NCBI GenBank assembly: GCA_958295675.1
Contig: OY282360.1
Span: 466,026 to 530,025 of the forward strand
From: Minisyncoccota bacterium
Lineage (GTDB): Bacteria > Patescibacteriota > Minisyncoccia > Phycocordibacterales > JABAAK01
Direction of reading: 5' to 3'
DNA: 64,000 bases
Each line of letters opens with the position of its first letter. Position 1 is the stretch's first letter. Under the pieces are notes generated by a model. It was not told the DNA's origin and made no database searches. It saw only the letters and a list, made by a program, of their open reading frames with translations. Made by a program: the position numbers and the translations under genes. Below, in pieces: positions 50,043-60,574 of the stretch.

Positions 50043-52691
50043 TCAGGATTTTTTCTTGAGAACTTTTTTTAAATACTGACCGGTATAACTGCCGGACTCT
50101 TTTGCCACAGATTCAGGAGTTCCCGCAACAACGATAGTGCCGCCGCGCTCACCGCCTTCCGGACCTATGTCCACAACATAATCCGCATTCTTAATCACAT
50201 CCAAATTGTGTTCAATCAGCAATACTGTATTACCGCGATCCACCAGACGGTTTAATATCTCTATGAGCCGACGAACATCTTCATAATGCAGACCGACGGT
50301 CGGTTCATCCAGCAGATACATAGTTTTTCTGGTATTCGGTCGGTACAGTTCGGAGGCAATTTTCACCCGCTGCGCTTCACCGCCGGAAAGTGTTGTGGAC
50401 GGCTGACCGAGTTCAAGGTAGCCGAGACCGACATCAACCAAAGTGCTCAGGCGATCATGAATTGTCGGTATGTGCTTAAAAAATTCCGCTGCCTCTTCGG
50501 TCGGCATCACGAGCACTTCATGAATATTTTTCCCGCGATAAGTGGTATCCAACACCTCCTTGCTGTATCGCTTGCCGTGACATTCATCGCAAATCACATA
50601 CACCGTCGGCAGGAAATGCATCTCAACGGCGATAGAGCCGTTCCCTTCGCACTTCTCACATCGTCCGCCGGGGACATTAAATGAAAATCGTCCTGATTTC
50701 CAACCGCGATACCGCGCGTCCTCAGTCGCGGCAAAAAGGTCGCGAATATGCGTAAACGCGCCGACATAGGTGACGGGCGTAGAACGCGGCGTGCGTCCTA
50801 TGGGCGATTGGTCAACCAGCACAACCCTGCTTAAATCAGTATATCCCTCAAACACCTTTGTATTAAAATTTCTCTTCACCGTCAGCCGCCGCTCAAGTTT
50901 GTGACGCAAATTTTTGTACACAATATCATACAGCAGCGTTGACTTCCCCGATCCGGAAACACCGGTAATCGCCACCAGCCGTCCGAGCGGAATGGTAACG
51001 CTCACATTATTAATATTATTCGCCGTCGCACCGCGCAGCGTCAGCTGACCCCGATTCTCAGTCCGCCGCCGCTCAGGAACGGCAATCAGCCGGTCTCCGC
51101 GCAGATACGAAAGTGTCAGCGATCCGGAAGAATTGCGCTTGCTCGTGAGCAGCGATTCAAGAAAACCGGAGACGACCACTTCCCCGCCATGTTTCCCCGC
51201 TGCCGGCCCTATATCAACGATATAGTCGGCCGCGAAGATGGTGTCCTCATCATGCTCAACAACAATGATGGTATTACCGAGATCACGCAGATGCAGCAGA
51301 GTCCGTATTAACCGGTCATTATCCCGTTGATGCAGACCGATGGTGGGTTCATCAAGCACATATAACGCACCGACCAAACCGGAACCGAGCTGTGAAGCGA
51401 GCCGTATCCGCTGCGCTTCACCGCCGGAGAGCGTATTTGCCTTACGGTTCAGGGTCATGTACTCAAGCCCGACATTCCTCAAAAAAGTGATGCGGCTGAT
51501 TATTTCATTCAGCAGCGGTTCCGCGATATCCTGCTGCTGCTTGTTAAGCGTTAATTCACCAAAAAAAGAAGCGGCATGCTCAACGGTTAATCCGATAATC
51601 TCATGTATGCTATGCTTTCTTTTTTTGCCGGTAATAAAGACATGAAGCGCTTCAGGACGGAGTCGCGCGCCGTGACAGGCACCGCATGGTTCATCATCAA
51701 ACACATCAACCTGCCCGAGACCGTTGCATTCAGGACACGCGCCGTACGGTGAATTGAACGAAAACAAACGCGGTTCAATTTCAGGAAAAGAAAAACCGCA
51801 GGCGGGACACAGAAAGCGGGACGAAATGAGGGATTCAGAGCCGTCCGGATAACCGAGACGCACAAGACCGTCCGCCTCATGAATGGATCGCTCAACGGCA
51901 TCCGACAGCCGTTCACGGAACACGCGCGGATCCTTGGCATAGTCGCTGATATACAGCGCATCAACATGTATATCAATATCATGTTTCTTGGTCTTGCTGA
52001 GTGTGAGACGATTCCGAAGAGCATGTTCAGCACCGTCAACACGCGCGGTTTCATACCCTTTCCGCAACATATCATAGAGCAGCTGGTAGTATTCCCCTTT
52101 TCGGCCGATGACAAGCGGCGCAAGCACACGGAGTATCCTCTCGTTATACGCAACCCCGGCAACCGAACTACTCTTCTCCAACCACTTCTCCCGCTTGATC
52201 TTCCGTTCAATCCGCCGCACAATCTCATCCTTAGAAACCTTCTCAATCACATGCGAACATGACGGACAAAACGGCGTGCCGACACGGGAAAAGAGTACCC
52301 GAAGATAGTCGTACACTTCAGTGATGGTCGCGACGGTTGAACGCGGATTGTTGGACCTATTCTTCTGATCAATAGAAATAGCGGGAGAAAGACCGGTAAC
52401 TTCCCGAATCTCCGGCTTCTGCATCTGCCGAAGAAACTGCCTGGCATACGCGGAAAGCGATTCAACATACCGTCGCTGCCCTTCAGCGAAGATGGTGTCA
52501 AACGCCAGCGATGACTTGCCGGATCCGGAGATACCGGTACATACCGTCAGCATATTGCGCGGAATATCAACATCAATGTTTTTCAGATTATGCGTTGACG
52601 CGCCGCGAATGCGAATCCATTTGCTGTCATGCGCCATTCCGCTCTTTTTCGCGCGCGCGCCGCTTTGTTTCTTTTTTCTTTTTTCCGGCAT
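50043..52691 (-). CDS. uvrA: Excinuclease ABC subunit A
   Basis: Two ABC modules ([14 protein letters not shown] and [14 protein letters not shown]), zinc-finger Cys clusters and the [12 protein letters not shown] signature twice. The start is set at the internal ATG (MPEKRKKK), since the ORF track N-terminal extension is Cys/hydrophobic read-through. Confidence 0.95.
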   Translation of the reverse strand: MPEKRKKKQSGARAKKSGMAHDSKWIRIRGASTHNLKNIDVDIPRNMLTVCTGISGSGKSSLAFDTIFAEGQRRYVESLSAYARQFLRQMQKPEIREVTGLSPAISIDQKNRSNNPRSTVATITEVYDYLRVLFSRVGTPFCPSCSHVIEKVSKDEIVRRIERKIKREKWLEKSSSVAGVAYNERILRVLAPLVIGRKGEYYQLLYDMLRKGYETARVDGAEHALRNRLTLSKTKKHDIDIHVDALYISDYAKDPRVFRERLSDAVERSIHEADGLVRLGYPDGSESLISSRFLCPACGFSFPEIEPRLFSFNSPYGACPECNGLGQVDVFDDEPCGACHGARLRPEALHVFITGKKRKHSIHEIIGLTVEHAASFFGELTLNKQQQDIAEPLLNEIISRITFLRNVGLEYMTLNRKANTLSGGEAQRIRLASQLGSGLVGALYVLDEPTIGLHQRDNDRLIRTLLHLRDLGNTIIVVEHDEDTIFAADYIVDIGPAAGKHGGEVVVSGFLESLLTSKRNSSGSLTLSYLRGDRLIAVPERRRTENRGQLTLRGATANNINNVSVTIPLGRLVAITGVSGSGKSTLLYDIVYKNLRHKLERRLTVKRNFNTKVFEGYTDLSRVVLVDQSPIGRTPRSTPVTYVGAFTHIRDLFAATEDARYRGWKSGRFSFNVPGGRCEKCEGNGSIAVEMHFLPTVYVICDECHGKRYSKEVLDTTYRGKNIHEVLVMPTEEAAEFFKHIPTIHDRLSTLVDVGLGYLELGQPSTTLSGGEAQRVKIASELYRPNTRKTMYLLDEPTVGLHYEDVRRLIEILNRLVDRGNTVLLIEHNLDVIKNADYVVDIGPEGGERGGTIVVAGTPESVAKESGSYTGQYLKKVLKKKS

Positions 52692-52695
52692 ACTA

Positions 52696-54480
52696 TCAGC
52701 TCCGTTCTTCTGAAGAAGAAAACACGGCATCTTTTTGCACAAGCATCCGCACTGCATCATCAACAGAAAGCACCTGTTTCCTATCATCCATCTCCAAAGT
52801 AACAGCACCTGCATCGCGCTCTTTTTCACCGATCACAATCCGAGCAGGTATTTTTTCAGCATGTGTTTTCGCCACTTTCCTGCCGACACTCTCATCACTC
52901 ATATCACAATCAACCCGAAGACCGGCACCGACAAGACGGTCAGACACAGTACGCGCGTATGCATGCGCACTCTCACCGACTGACAGCACCCGCACCTGCA
53001 CCGGCGCGAGGAAAAACGGAAAATAGCCGGCGAAGTGTTCAATCATCACGCCCAAGAAACGCTCCAGAGAACCGGACACGGCGCGATGTATCATTATCGG
53101 CACCTGCTTCCTGTTGCCGGAGTCAACATAGGAAAGATTAAAACGCTCCGGCATCACAAAATCAAGCTGTATGGTCGCCAACTGCCACTTCCTGCGCAGC
53201 GAGTCCCGAAAGTGAAAATCAATTTTCGGTCCGTAAAACGCCGCTTCCCCCGCTTCAATGACAAACGGCAAACCAGCGCGCTCAAGCGCGCTTGTAAGGT
53301 ATCGTTCAGCATTGTCCCACACGGCATTGTCACCGAGATAGCTGTCCGTATCACTGCCGCGCACCGAAAGAAACACTTCACAATCATCACCGCGGAAAAA
53401 ACCGAGTGCGGTGTAGAATTCCTTGATAAGTGAAATGGTCGCGGAAACTTCCTCCTCAATCTGCTCTTCCGTGCAGAAAATATGCCCGTCATCCTGCGTA
53501 ATACTCAGCACCCGTGTCAGACCGAGCAATTCGCCCTTCTGTTCATCCCGATAGTTGGTCGTGAATTCCGCGTATCGGATAGGAAGATCGTTATAGCTCC
53601 GCAGCGCGCTCGCGTATATCTGCGTGTGGTGCGGGCAGTTCATCGGTTTCAGCACAAATTCGTCATGCCTGCCGCGCACGGTGAGCAGTTCATCGCCGAA
53701 TTTATCCCAATGCCCCGATGTCTCGTACAATTCTTTCTTCGCCAGATGCGGTATCCATACATGCTCATAGCCGTACCTTTCCAACAGCACAGACAAAGAT
53801 TTTTCCAATGCCCTGCGAAGCGCGTTCCCTTTCGGCGTGAACAGCGGCAATCCGGAGCCGACTAACGGCGAAAAAGTAAACAACCCTAATGCTTTCCCTA
53901 TCTTCCGATGATCCCGCGCCTTTGCTTCTTCAAGCATTCGCTGATACTCATTAAGGTCTTCCTTGGTGTCAAACGCAAGACCGTACACACGCGTCAGCAT
54001 AGTATTTTGCTCATCACCGCGCCAGTACGCGCCGGCAACGGATTGCAGCGCGAAACTGTCAGGATGTATGGAAGAAATATCGTCAACATGACCGCCGCCG
54101 CATAAGTCAATAAAATCACCGGAAGTATATAATGTAATCTCTTTTCCGGCGACAGAAAGTTCGTCAATCAACTCACACTTGTACGGATTATCCTTAAAAT
54201 ACGCAAGTGCCTCCTCTGATGAAACAACCTTTTTTTCAAAAACAGTCCATTGCCCGAGCATCTCCCGCATTTTTTCCTCAACGGCACCCAAATCATCAAC
54301 AGAAAGCGGAACAGGAATTTCAGCATCATAGTAGAAACCGTCATCAATGGCGGGACCGATGGCAAGCTTAGTACCGGGATACAAAGCAACCAGTGCCGCG
54401 CCGAGCGCGTGCGCCAAAGAGTGCCGTTTCTCCTGCAATACATCTGCGGTCTCAGAACTCATACCTTGGTAGAATAACAC
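52696..54480 (-). CDS. thrS: Threonyl-tRNA synthetase (N-terminally reduced, 594 aa)
   Basis: Editing-domain motif [10 protein letters not shown]...[11 protein letters not shown], catalytic-core motif [12 protein letters not shown]...[23 protein letters not shown] and a C-terminal anticodon-binding domain. There is no TGS domain. Confidence 0.9.
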   Translation of the reverse strand: MLFYQGMSSETADVLQEKRHSLAHALGAALVALYPGTKLAIGPAIDDGFYYDAEIPVPLSVDDLGAVEEKMREMLGQWTVFEKKVVSSEEALAYFKDNPYKCELIDELSVAGKEITLYTSGDFIDLCGGGHVDDISSIHPDSFALQSVAGAYWRGDEQNTMLTRVYGLAFDTKEDLNEYQRMLEEAKARDHRKIGKALGLFTFSPLVGSGLPLFTPKGNALRRALEKSLSVLLERYGYEHVWIPHLAKKELYETSGHWDKFGDELLTVRGRHDEFVLKPMNCPHHTQIYASALRSYNDLPIRYAEFTTNYRDEQKGELLGLTRVLSITQDDGHIFCTEEQIEEEVSATISLIKEFYTALGFFRGDDCEVFLSVRGSDTDSYLGDNAVWDNAERYLTSALERAGLPFVIEAGEAAFYGPKIDFHFRDSLRRKWQLATIQLDFVMPERFNLSYVDSGNRKQVPIMIHRAVSGSLERFLGVMIEHFAGYFPFFLAPVQVRVLSVGESAHAYARTVSDRLVGAGLRVDCDMSDESVGRKVAKTHAEKIPARIVIGEKERDAGAVTLEMDDRKQVLSVDDAVRMLVQKDAVFSSSEERS

Positions 54481-54510
54481 AATGAAAAAGCAGCAAACAA
54501 TCAGATATCA

Positions 54511-54978
54511 TCACCGCGAAAAACCGGAATCATGCTCAAAGGGACCGCGGGACGATGCCATAACGGCAAGCCGATCCGCCTTTTCATTCCCTTCTTCATT
54601 TGAATGCCCTTTCACCCACTTGAAAACCACATGTTCCTTCACCAACACATCAAGTTCTTTCCACAAATCAACATTCTTGATTGGTTGTTTCCTGCCGCGT
54701 TCAAGACGCATCCATCCGTTCTCTTTCCAACCGCGCATCCACTGCGTAATTCCTTTCCGCACATACTCGCTGTCAGTCCAGATAGTGATAGTATCAACGG
54801 CACCATATTTTTTCAGCACTTCAATCACCGCGCGCAGCTCCATCCTGTTATTCGTTGTTCTGTAGTACCCCTGAGAAAAAGTGTATTCTAAAGCACCGTC
54901 CCGATACACCACCGCACCGATACCGCCAGGACCCGGATTTCCTTTACATGACCCATCCGTGTATACCTCATATTCCAT
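54511..54978 (-). CDS. rnhA: Ribonuclease HI
   Basis: YTDGSCKGNPGPGG, ...TNNRMELRAVIEVL, ...WTDSEYV... and the KGHSNEEGNEKADRLA motifs. Confidence 0.85.
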   Translation of the reverse strand: MEYEVYTDGSCKGNPGPGGIGAVVYRDGALEYTFSQGYYRTTNNRMELRAVIEVLKKYGAVDTITIWTDSEYVRKGITQWMRGWKENGWMRLERGRKQPIKNVDLWKELDVLVKEHVVFKWVKGHSNEEGNEKADRLAVMASSRGPFEHDSGFSR

Positions 54979-55062
54979 ACAGCACAATGTAGCACAGCAG
55001 TATATCACTTTATCCACCATACTAAAAATATCTCCTCACCCCTACCTTAAACTATAAGTATA

Positions 55063-58000
55063 ATGCACATTACCCACAAAATCCTGCAAGTTGCACTTGC
55101 CATAAGTATACTCAGCATGCTGTTCGTGTCATACGGCATGACAGACGCACAGACCGCGTGCGCGGACGGAGAAGTACTCACCCTCGCCAGTACGGGTCTG
55201 GAGTGTGTTTCCGCGGAGCAGGCATTGCTGGAATCCAATAACTGTCCCGAAGGACAGTTTCTGCAGGTGACCACGGTCAACGGCGTCAGACAGGTTACCT
55301 GTGCCAGTGTTCCGACAGTGGACCCCCCAAAAGAATGCGGCACGGGAGAGTATGTCCGCGGTGTCAACAATGACGGGTCGCTGGACTGTGCGACCATTCA
55401 GACCGTCCCTTCCTGTGCAGTGTCGGTCTCACCCGCATCGCCGACAACAGCACAGTCGTTCACCTTAACGGTGACACCACGGAACTTCTCTGCTGCCGGT
55501 AACTATACCTACCGCTGGAAGTTTGACACGCAGAGCAGAATACTGCGTGAGGAAACGACCGCAATGACCTCAGATACCCTGTCCATTAACGCAGGAGACA
55601 TCGCCAACCCGTACAACTCACCGTACTATGTGACGGTGACGAAAAGCACACAAAGTACCTCATGCGGTATCGTGGTGCCGGTGGTTGCTGCTACCGTTCC
55701 ATCCTGCTCCGGCGGAAGTGTCAGCTGGACTGTGAACAACAAGACCTGCACCGGTTCCCTAGACGAGACAAAATCCGGTAGCAGCGATACTGCAATTGAT
55801 AGCAACAGACCGCCCACCGGCAGCGCGACCTATCACTGTAATAATGACAGGACATGGGGAGAACCAACGAGCGCATCATGTGCAGACGATCCTCCCCACT
55901 GCCAAGAAGACGATGAGGTCACCTGGACAGTAGGCAGTCACACCTGCACCGGTTCCCGAGACGAGACAAACTCCGGTAGCAGCGATACTGCAACTGATAG
56001 CACCGGACCGTCAACCGGTAGCGCGACCTATAGCTGCAACAACGGTGCCTGGACCGAACCGACTAACACAAGTTGCGAATCTACAACTCTTCCTCCTCTC
56101 AAGTGTTCAGGCGGTAGTGTTGATTGGAGCGTGGACAATCACGACTGCACCGGTTCCCGAGACGAGACAAACTCCGGTAGCAGCGATACTGCAACTGATA
56201 GCACCGGACCGTCAACCGGTAGCGCGACCTATAGCTGTAACAACGGCGACTGGATCGCAACTAGCATGAGTTGCGGATATGGAGATCCACCCTGTAATTG
56301 CACCCCGTCCGCAACCGACAGCACAACCGCCGGTACCCGTGCCACACCTCATACATGGTGCAAGAGATCCTGCGCCGGTCGTACTGTCAGATGGACCGTG
56401 AACGGCAAGACCTGTTCGGGCTCCTTGCCAGAAGTAACTCCTGAAGCCGATATAGGTGAAAATCCAACCACCGTGTGGGACACGACTGGAACGACACGCG
56501 GCAGAGCCATTTACGACTGCAATGATGGTACCTTGAGCAACCCGCTGTTCGCGTGGTGCACAAGTGCGACGACATCCTGCGCCGCTGATACAGTCAGCTG
56601 GACCAAGAACGGCAGGACTTGCACAGCGTCCCGACCTATGGCACCTTCCGGCGGAGAGGTCTTCATACGGAGTACCGAAGGAACATCACGCGGCAGTGCG
56701 AAGTACCTCTGTACCAATGGCACCTGGAGCGACGAGCCATCTTTCGCATTGTGCGACAGAACATGTGCCGGTGGTACGGTCAATTGGACAGTAGGCAGTC
56801 ACACCTGCACCGGCACCCGAACCACAACACGACATGGTGGCGGCAGCGTCGCGAGGGATGCCACCAAACCAACAATCGGTGTCGCCGCCTACAGATGTGT
56901 TAATGGTACCTGGAGAACCATGTTTAGTAGATACGATGCTTCTTGGATTTTCTGGAGACATTGGAGTGACAATATGCATGACTCAATATGGTTAAGCGGA
57001 ACCGGTGCGACTTGCTCATCCACATCCTGTCCCGCCGATATAGTCACATGGAGTGAAGACAACAACAGAATTTGCAGATTTTCCCGCTCAATTACACCTT
57101 CCGGTGCATACGCTAATCTATTGGACACTGATGGATCAACGGGTGGTGGCGGATTTTACAAATGTAACGACAATGGCTCATGGGATGATGCTGACAGCAC
57201 GAATGCCTGCACCACGAGTGGGTGTCTGCAAGACGGCGTATGCGATACCAGCAGGCAGAACAGGTGCTCGTCCGGCACGCTCTACAATGATGCCAATGAC
57301 TCCGCGGTGGCTGACACGACCACGCACTACAAATGGCGCTGCGACGGACGGAATGGCGGAAAAAACTCTCCTGTCTGCGAAAAGGAAAAACCGTGCGGCA
57401 CCTGCAACTGCACTACATCAAAAACAGACGCTACGAACGCCGGTACTTGCAGTACCACCGGCAATACCTGCACCGTCTCGGCAAATAACTGTCCGAAGAG
57501 CCCTAAATGCGGTTCCTGGTCACCGGCACGAAACACGGTCTGTAGCGGCACGAGATTCACCCAGTTCAGAACCTGCAACACTGAGTGTAATAACTGTGCA
57601 ACAAGTCGGTTGACGACCGGGACAAAACCCCAAAGTGGGACATGGTCACCGGCACGAAACACGGTCTGTAGCGGCAAGAGATTCACCCAGTCCAGAACCT
57701 GCGGTTCACGATCAACGACCGGCACGAAACCGGCGACAAATTGTCAATGGGGACCTTGGAGTGATTGGAGTACATGTTCAAATGGCTCCCAAAGCAGATC
57801 AAGAAGTAAAACCGTAACCGAGTCAACCTGCGGCACCTGCTCAGGTTCAAGCACCCAATCACAGTGTTGTGGTAGTGGATGCACTCCTGTTCCTTGTGTC
57901 TGCACCGCATCAAAAACCGATGCCGCGAACAAAGGCACCTTGTCTGACGGCAGCGGTGCCTGCACCGTCACGGCGAATAACTGTCCGACAAAAACCTGCA

Positions 58001-60489
58001 ACTGCACTACATCAAAAACCGATGCTACGAACGCCGGCACCTGGTCTGACGGCAGCGGTGCCTGCAACGAGGCGAATAATTGTCCACAAACACCTGTATG
58101 CAACAATGCTGAAGTAGATGAATGCTTAGTCGGGCGCAAATCAAACACCGGCACGAGATGTCAAGATACCACTACGCTTGACCGTTGGTGTTGCATAGGA
58201 AAGCCCGACACTGAGATAGCGTATTGTGACATAAAGAAACCGGGATGTGAGGATAAAGATGTAACTTGGGGAACTCAATGTGGTGGAAGCACAGGAACAG
58301 CAAGTGCAAGCGGAAGTAAGGTAGTCGCCAATACTAAAGCTGGCTACACCGGCAGCGCGACCTACAGTTGTAACAACGAAACATGGAGTGGTCCGACCGC
58401 TTCGAGTTGTAGAGAGAATTTGTGTGAATGGAGTACCTGGTCACCGGCGGCGAATACAAAAACCTGCGGCACATCATTCACGCAAGAGAGAACCTGCGGT
58501 TCTGGAGATGAAACCAAACAGGAAACCCAAACCGCGACCGGTACCAAACCCAGTGCTTGGAGCACCTACGCACCGGCAACGAGCACGGTCTGCAGCGACG
58601 AATCATTCACGCAAGAGAGAACCAGAACCTGCGGTGACCCCACAAGCGAAGAGAGAACCGCGAGAGGGACGGCAACCTGGAGTACCTGGTCACCGGCGGC
58701 GAATACAAAAACCTGCGGCACATCATTCACGCAAGAGAGAACCTGCGGTTCTGGAGATGAAACCAAACAGGAAACCCAAACCGCGACCGGTACCAAACCC
58801 AGTGCTTGGAGCACCTACGCACCGGCAACGAGCACGGTCTGCAGCGACGAATCATTCACGCAAGAGAGAACCAGAACCTGCGGTGACCCCACAAGCGAAG
58901 AGAGAACCGCGAGAGGGACGGCAACCTGGAGTACCTGGTCACCGGCGGCGAATACAAAAACCTGCGGCACATCATTCACGCAAGAGAGAACCTGCGGTTC
59001 TGGAGATGAAACCAAACAGGAAACCCAAACCGCGACCGGTACCAAACCCAGTGCTTGGAGCACCTACGCACCGGCAACGAGCACGGTCTGCAGCGACGAA
59101 TCATTCACGCAAGAGAGAACCAGAACCTGCGGTGACCCCACAAGCGAAGAGAGAACCGCGAGAGGGACGGCAACCTGGAGTACCTGGTCACCGGCGGCGA
59201 ATACAAAAACCTGCGGCACATCATTCACGCAAGAGAGAACCTGCGGTTCTGGAGATGAAACCAAACAGGAAACCCAAACCGCGACCGGTACCAAACCCAG
59301 TGCTTGGAGCACCTACGCACCGGCAACGAGCACGGTCTGCAGCGACGAATCATTCACGCAAGAGAGAACCAGAACCTGCGGTGACCCCACAAGCGAAGAG
59401 AGAACCGCGAGAGGGACGGCAACCTGGAGTACCTGGTCACCGGCGGCGAATACAAAAACCTGCGGCACATCATTCACGCAAGAGAGAACCTGCGGTTCTG
59501 GAGATGAAACCAAACAGGAAACCCAAACCGCGACCGGTACCAAACCCAGTGCTTGGAGCACCTACGCACCGGCAACGAGCACGGTCTGCAGCGACGAATC
59601 ATTCACGCAAGAGAGAACCAGAACCTGCGGTGACCCCACAAGCGAAGAGAGAACCGCGAGAGGGACGGCAACCTGGAGTACCTGGTCACCGGCGGCGAAT
59701 ACAAAAACCTGCGGCACATCATTCACGCAAGAGAGAACCTGCGGTTCTGGAGATGAAACCAAACAGGAAACCCAAACCGCGACCGGTACCAAACCCAGTG
59801 CTTGGAGCACCTACGCACCGGCAACGAGCACGGTCTGCAGCGACGAATCATTCACGCAAGAGAGAACCAGAACCTGCGGTGACCCCACAAGCGAAGAGAG
59901 AACCGCGAGAGGGACGGCAACCTGGAGTACCTGGTCACCGGCGGCGAATACAAAAACCTGCGGCACATCATTCACGCAAACGAGAACCTGCGGTTCTGGA
60001 GATGAAACCAAACAGGAAACCCAAACCGCGACCGGTACCAAACCAAGAGACGGCGGATGGAGTACCTATGGTTCTTGCGAATGTACCTCCAGCACTTTTG
60101 ATGCGGCGAACGCCGGTACACAGAGCAGAACCTGCAACAACCCGGTACGGGGGTGCTCCGGCAGCGCATGCTCCGGCAGCGCATCCCAATCCTGTACCGT
60201 CTCGGCGAATAATTGTCTAGAAAGAAACGGTCAGTGTGGTGGTGACCCTACAATAAGCGGCGACGCATTCACTGGATACTATGTTCTTAATAAGCATAGG
60301 AATTCACTCTGTAAATATGGGACATCTTATGGTTTTAGATCATTACGAGAAAGCGACCAAGGAGGTACTCAACATCCAAATCCTAATCTTAGATTCTACA
60401 AAGCAGTTTGGAAATGCGCTGAAAGCAGCAATGATGTTTCTGTTTCTGTTGCCAGTTGTTCCAAAACATTTTTTGTGCCGGGCTCCTAG
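55063..60489 (+). CDS. Giant secreted Cys-rich protein (1808 aa) with thrombospondin-type-1-like (WSxWS...C...RTC) repeats
   Basis: Signal peptide MHITHKILQVALAISILSMLFVSYGMTDAQTA. The N-terminal half holds repeated ~50-aa Cys modules (C.GGSV.WTV....CTGSRDETNSGSSDTATDS.GPSTGSATYSCNNG.W). The middle carries GSWSPARNTVCSGTRFTQFRTC and CQWGPWSDWSTCSNGSQSRSRSKTVTESTCGTC (TSR-like). The C-terminal half is 6.5 identical 83-aa repeats WSTWSPAANTKTCGTSFTQERTCGSG...WSTYAPATSTVCSDESFTQERTRTCGD. Confidence 0.8.
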   Translation: MHITHKILQVALAISILSMLFVSYGMTDAQTACADGEVLTLASTGLECVSAEQALLESNNCPEGQFLQVTTVNGVRQVTCASVPTVDPPKECGTGEYVRGVNNDGSLDCATIQTVPSCAVSVSPASPTTAQSFTLTVTPRNFSAAGNYTYRWKFDTQSRILREETTAMTSDTLSINAGDIANPYNSPYYVTVTKSTQSTSCGIVVPVVAATVPSCSGGSVSWTVNNKTCTGSLDETKSGSSDTAIDSNRPPTGSATYHCNNDRTWGEPTSASCADDPPHCQEDDEVTWTVGSHTCTGSRDETNSGSSDTATDSTGPSTGSATYSCNNGAWTEPTNTSCESTTLPPLKCSGGSVDWSVDNHDCTGSRDETNSGSSDTATDSTGPSTGSATYSCNNGDWIATSMSCGYGDPPCNCTPSATDSTTAGTRATPHTWCKRSCAGRTVRWTVNGKTCSGSLPEVTPEADIGENPTTVWDTTGTTRGRAIYDCNDGTLSNPLFAWCTSATTSCAADTVSWTKNGRTCTASRPMAPSGGEVFIRSTEGTSRGSAKYLCTNGTWSDEPSFALCDRTCAGGTVNWTVGSHTCTGTRTTTRHGGGSVARDATKPTIGVAAYRCVNGTWRTMFSRYDASWIFWRHWSDNMHDSIWLSGTGATCSSTSCPADIVTWSEDNNRICRFSRSITPSGAYANLLDTDGSTGGGGFYKCNDNGSWDDADSTNACTTSGCLQDGVCDTSRQNRCSSGTLYNDANDSAVADTTTHYKWRCDGRNGGKNSPVCEKEKPCGTCNCTTSKTDATNAGTCSTTGNTCTVSANNCPKSPKCGSWSPARNTVCSGTRFTQFRTCNTECNNCATSRLTTGTKPQSGTWSPARNTVCSGKRFTQSRTCGSRSTTGTKPATNCQWGPWSDWSTCSNGSQSRSRSKTVTESTCGTCSGSSTQSQCCGSGCTPVPCVCTASKTDAANKGTLSDGSGACTVTANNCPTKTCNCTTSKTDATNAGTWSDGSGACNEANNCPQTPVCNNAEVDECLVGRKSNTGTRCQDTTTLDRWCCIGKPDTEIAYCDIKKPGCEDKDVTWGTQCGGSTGTASASGSKVVANTKAGYTGSATYSCNNETWSGPTASSCRENLCEWSTWSPAANTKTCGTSFTQERTCGSGDETKQETQTATGTKPSAWSTYAPATSTVCSDESFTQERTRTCGDPTSEERTARGTATWSTWSPAANTKTCGTSFTQERTCGSGDETKQETQTATGTKPSAWSTYAPATSTVCSDESFTQERTRTCGDPTSEERTARGTATWSTWSPAANTKTCGTSFTQERTCGSGDETKQETQTATGTKPSAWSTYAPATSTVCSDESFTQERTRTCGDPTSEERTARGTATWSTWSPAANTKTCGTSFTQERTCGSGDETKQETQTATGTKPSAWSTYAPATSTVCSDESFTQERTRTCGDPTSEERTARGTATWSTWSPAANTKTCGTSFTQERTCGSGDETKQETQTATGTKPSAWSTYAPATSTVCSDESFTQERTRTCGDPTSEERTARGTATWSTWSPAANTKTCGTSFTQERTCGSGDETKQETQTATGTKPSAWSTYAPATSTVCSDESFTQERTRTCGDPTSEERTARGTATWSTWSPAANTKTCGTSFTQTRTCGSGDETKQETQTATGTKPRDGGWSTYGSCECTSSTFDAANAGTQSRTCNNPVRGCSGSACSGSASQSCTVSANNCLERNGQCGGDPTISGDAFTGYYVLNKHRNSLCKYGTSYGFRSLRESDQGGTQHPNPNLRFYKAVWKCAESSNDVSVSVASCSKTFFVPGS
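58432..60050 (+). repeat. Perfect 249-bp tandem repeat x ~6.5 inside the giant TSR-like gene
   Basis: Antisense ORFs at 58566, 58815, 59064, 59313 and 59562 are 100% identical 249-nt units. The last unit has one substitution (Q->T). Confidence 0.9.
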
Positions 60490-60574
60490 GATTAGCAACG
60501 CTGTATATAAGAGCAAATAAAAAAACCCCCGCGGATAACCGCGGGGGTAGTGCCTTGTAGGCGAAAAAAAGAGG

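Noticed and set aside
58362-60041. Seven identical or near-identical 76-82-aa minus-strand ORFs, plus the 610-aa plus-strand ORF 58388..60220
   Set aside because: They are alternative-frame or antisense readings of the 249-bp tandem repeat inside the giant gene 55063..60489. The real frame is the one with the signal peptide and WSxWS modules.
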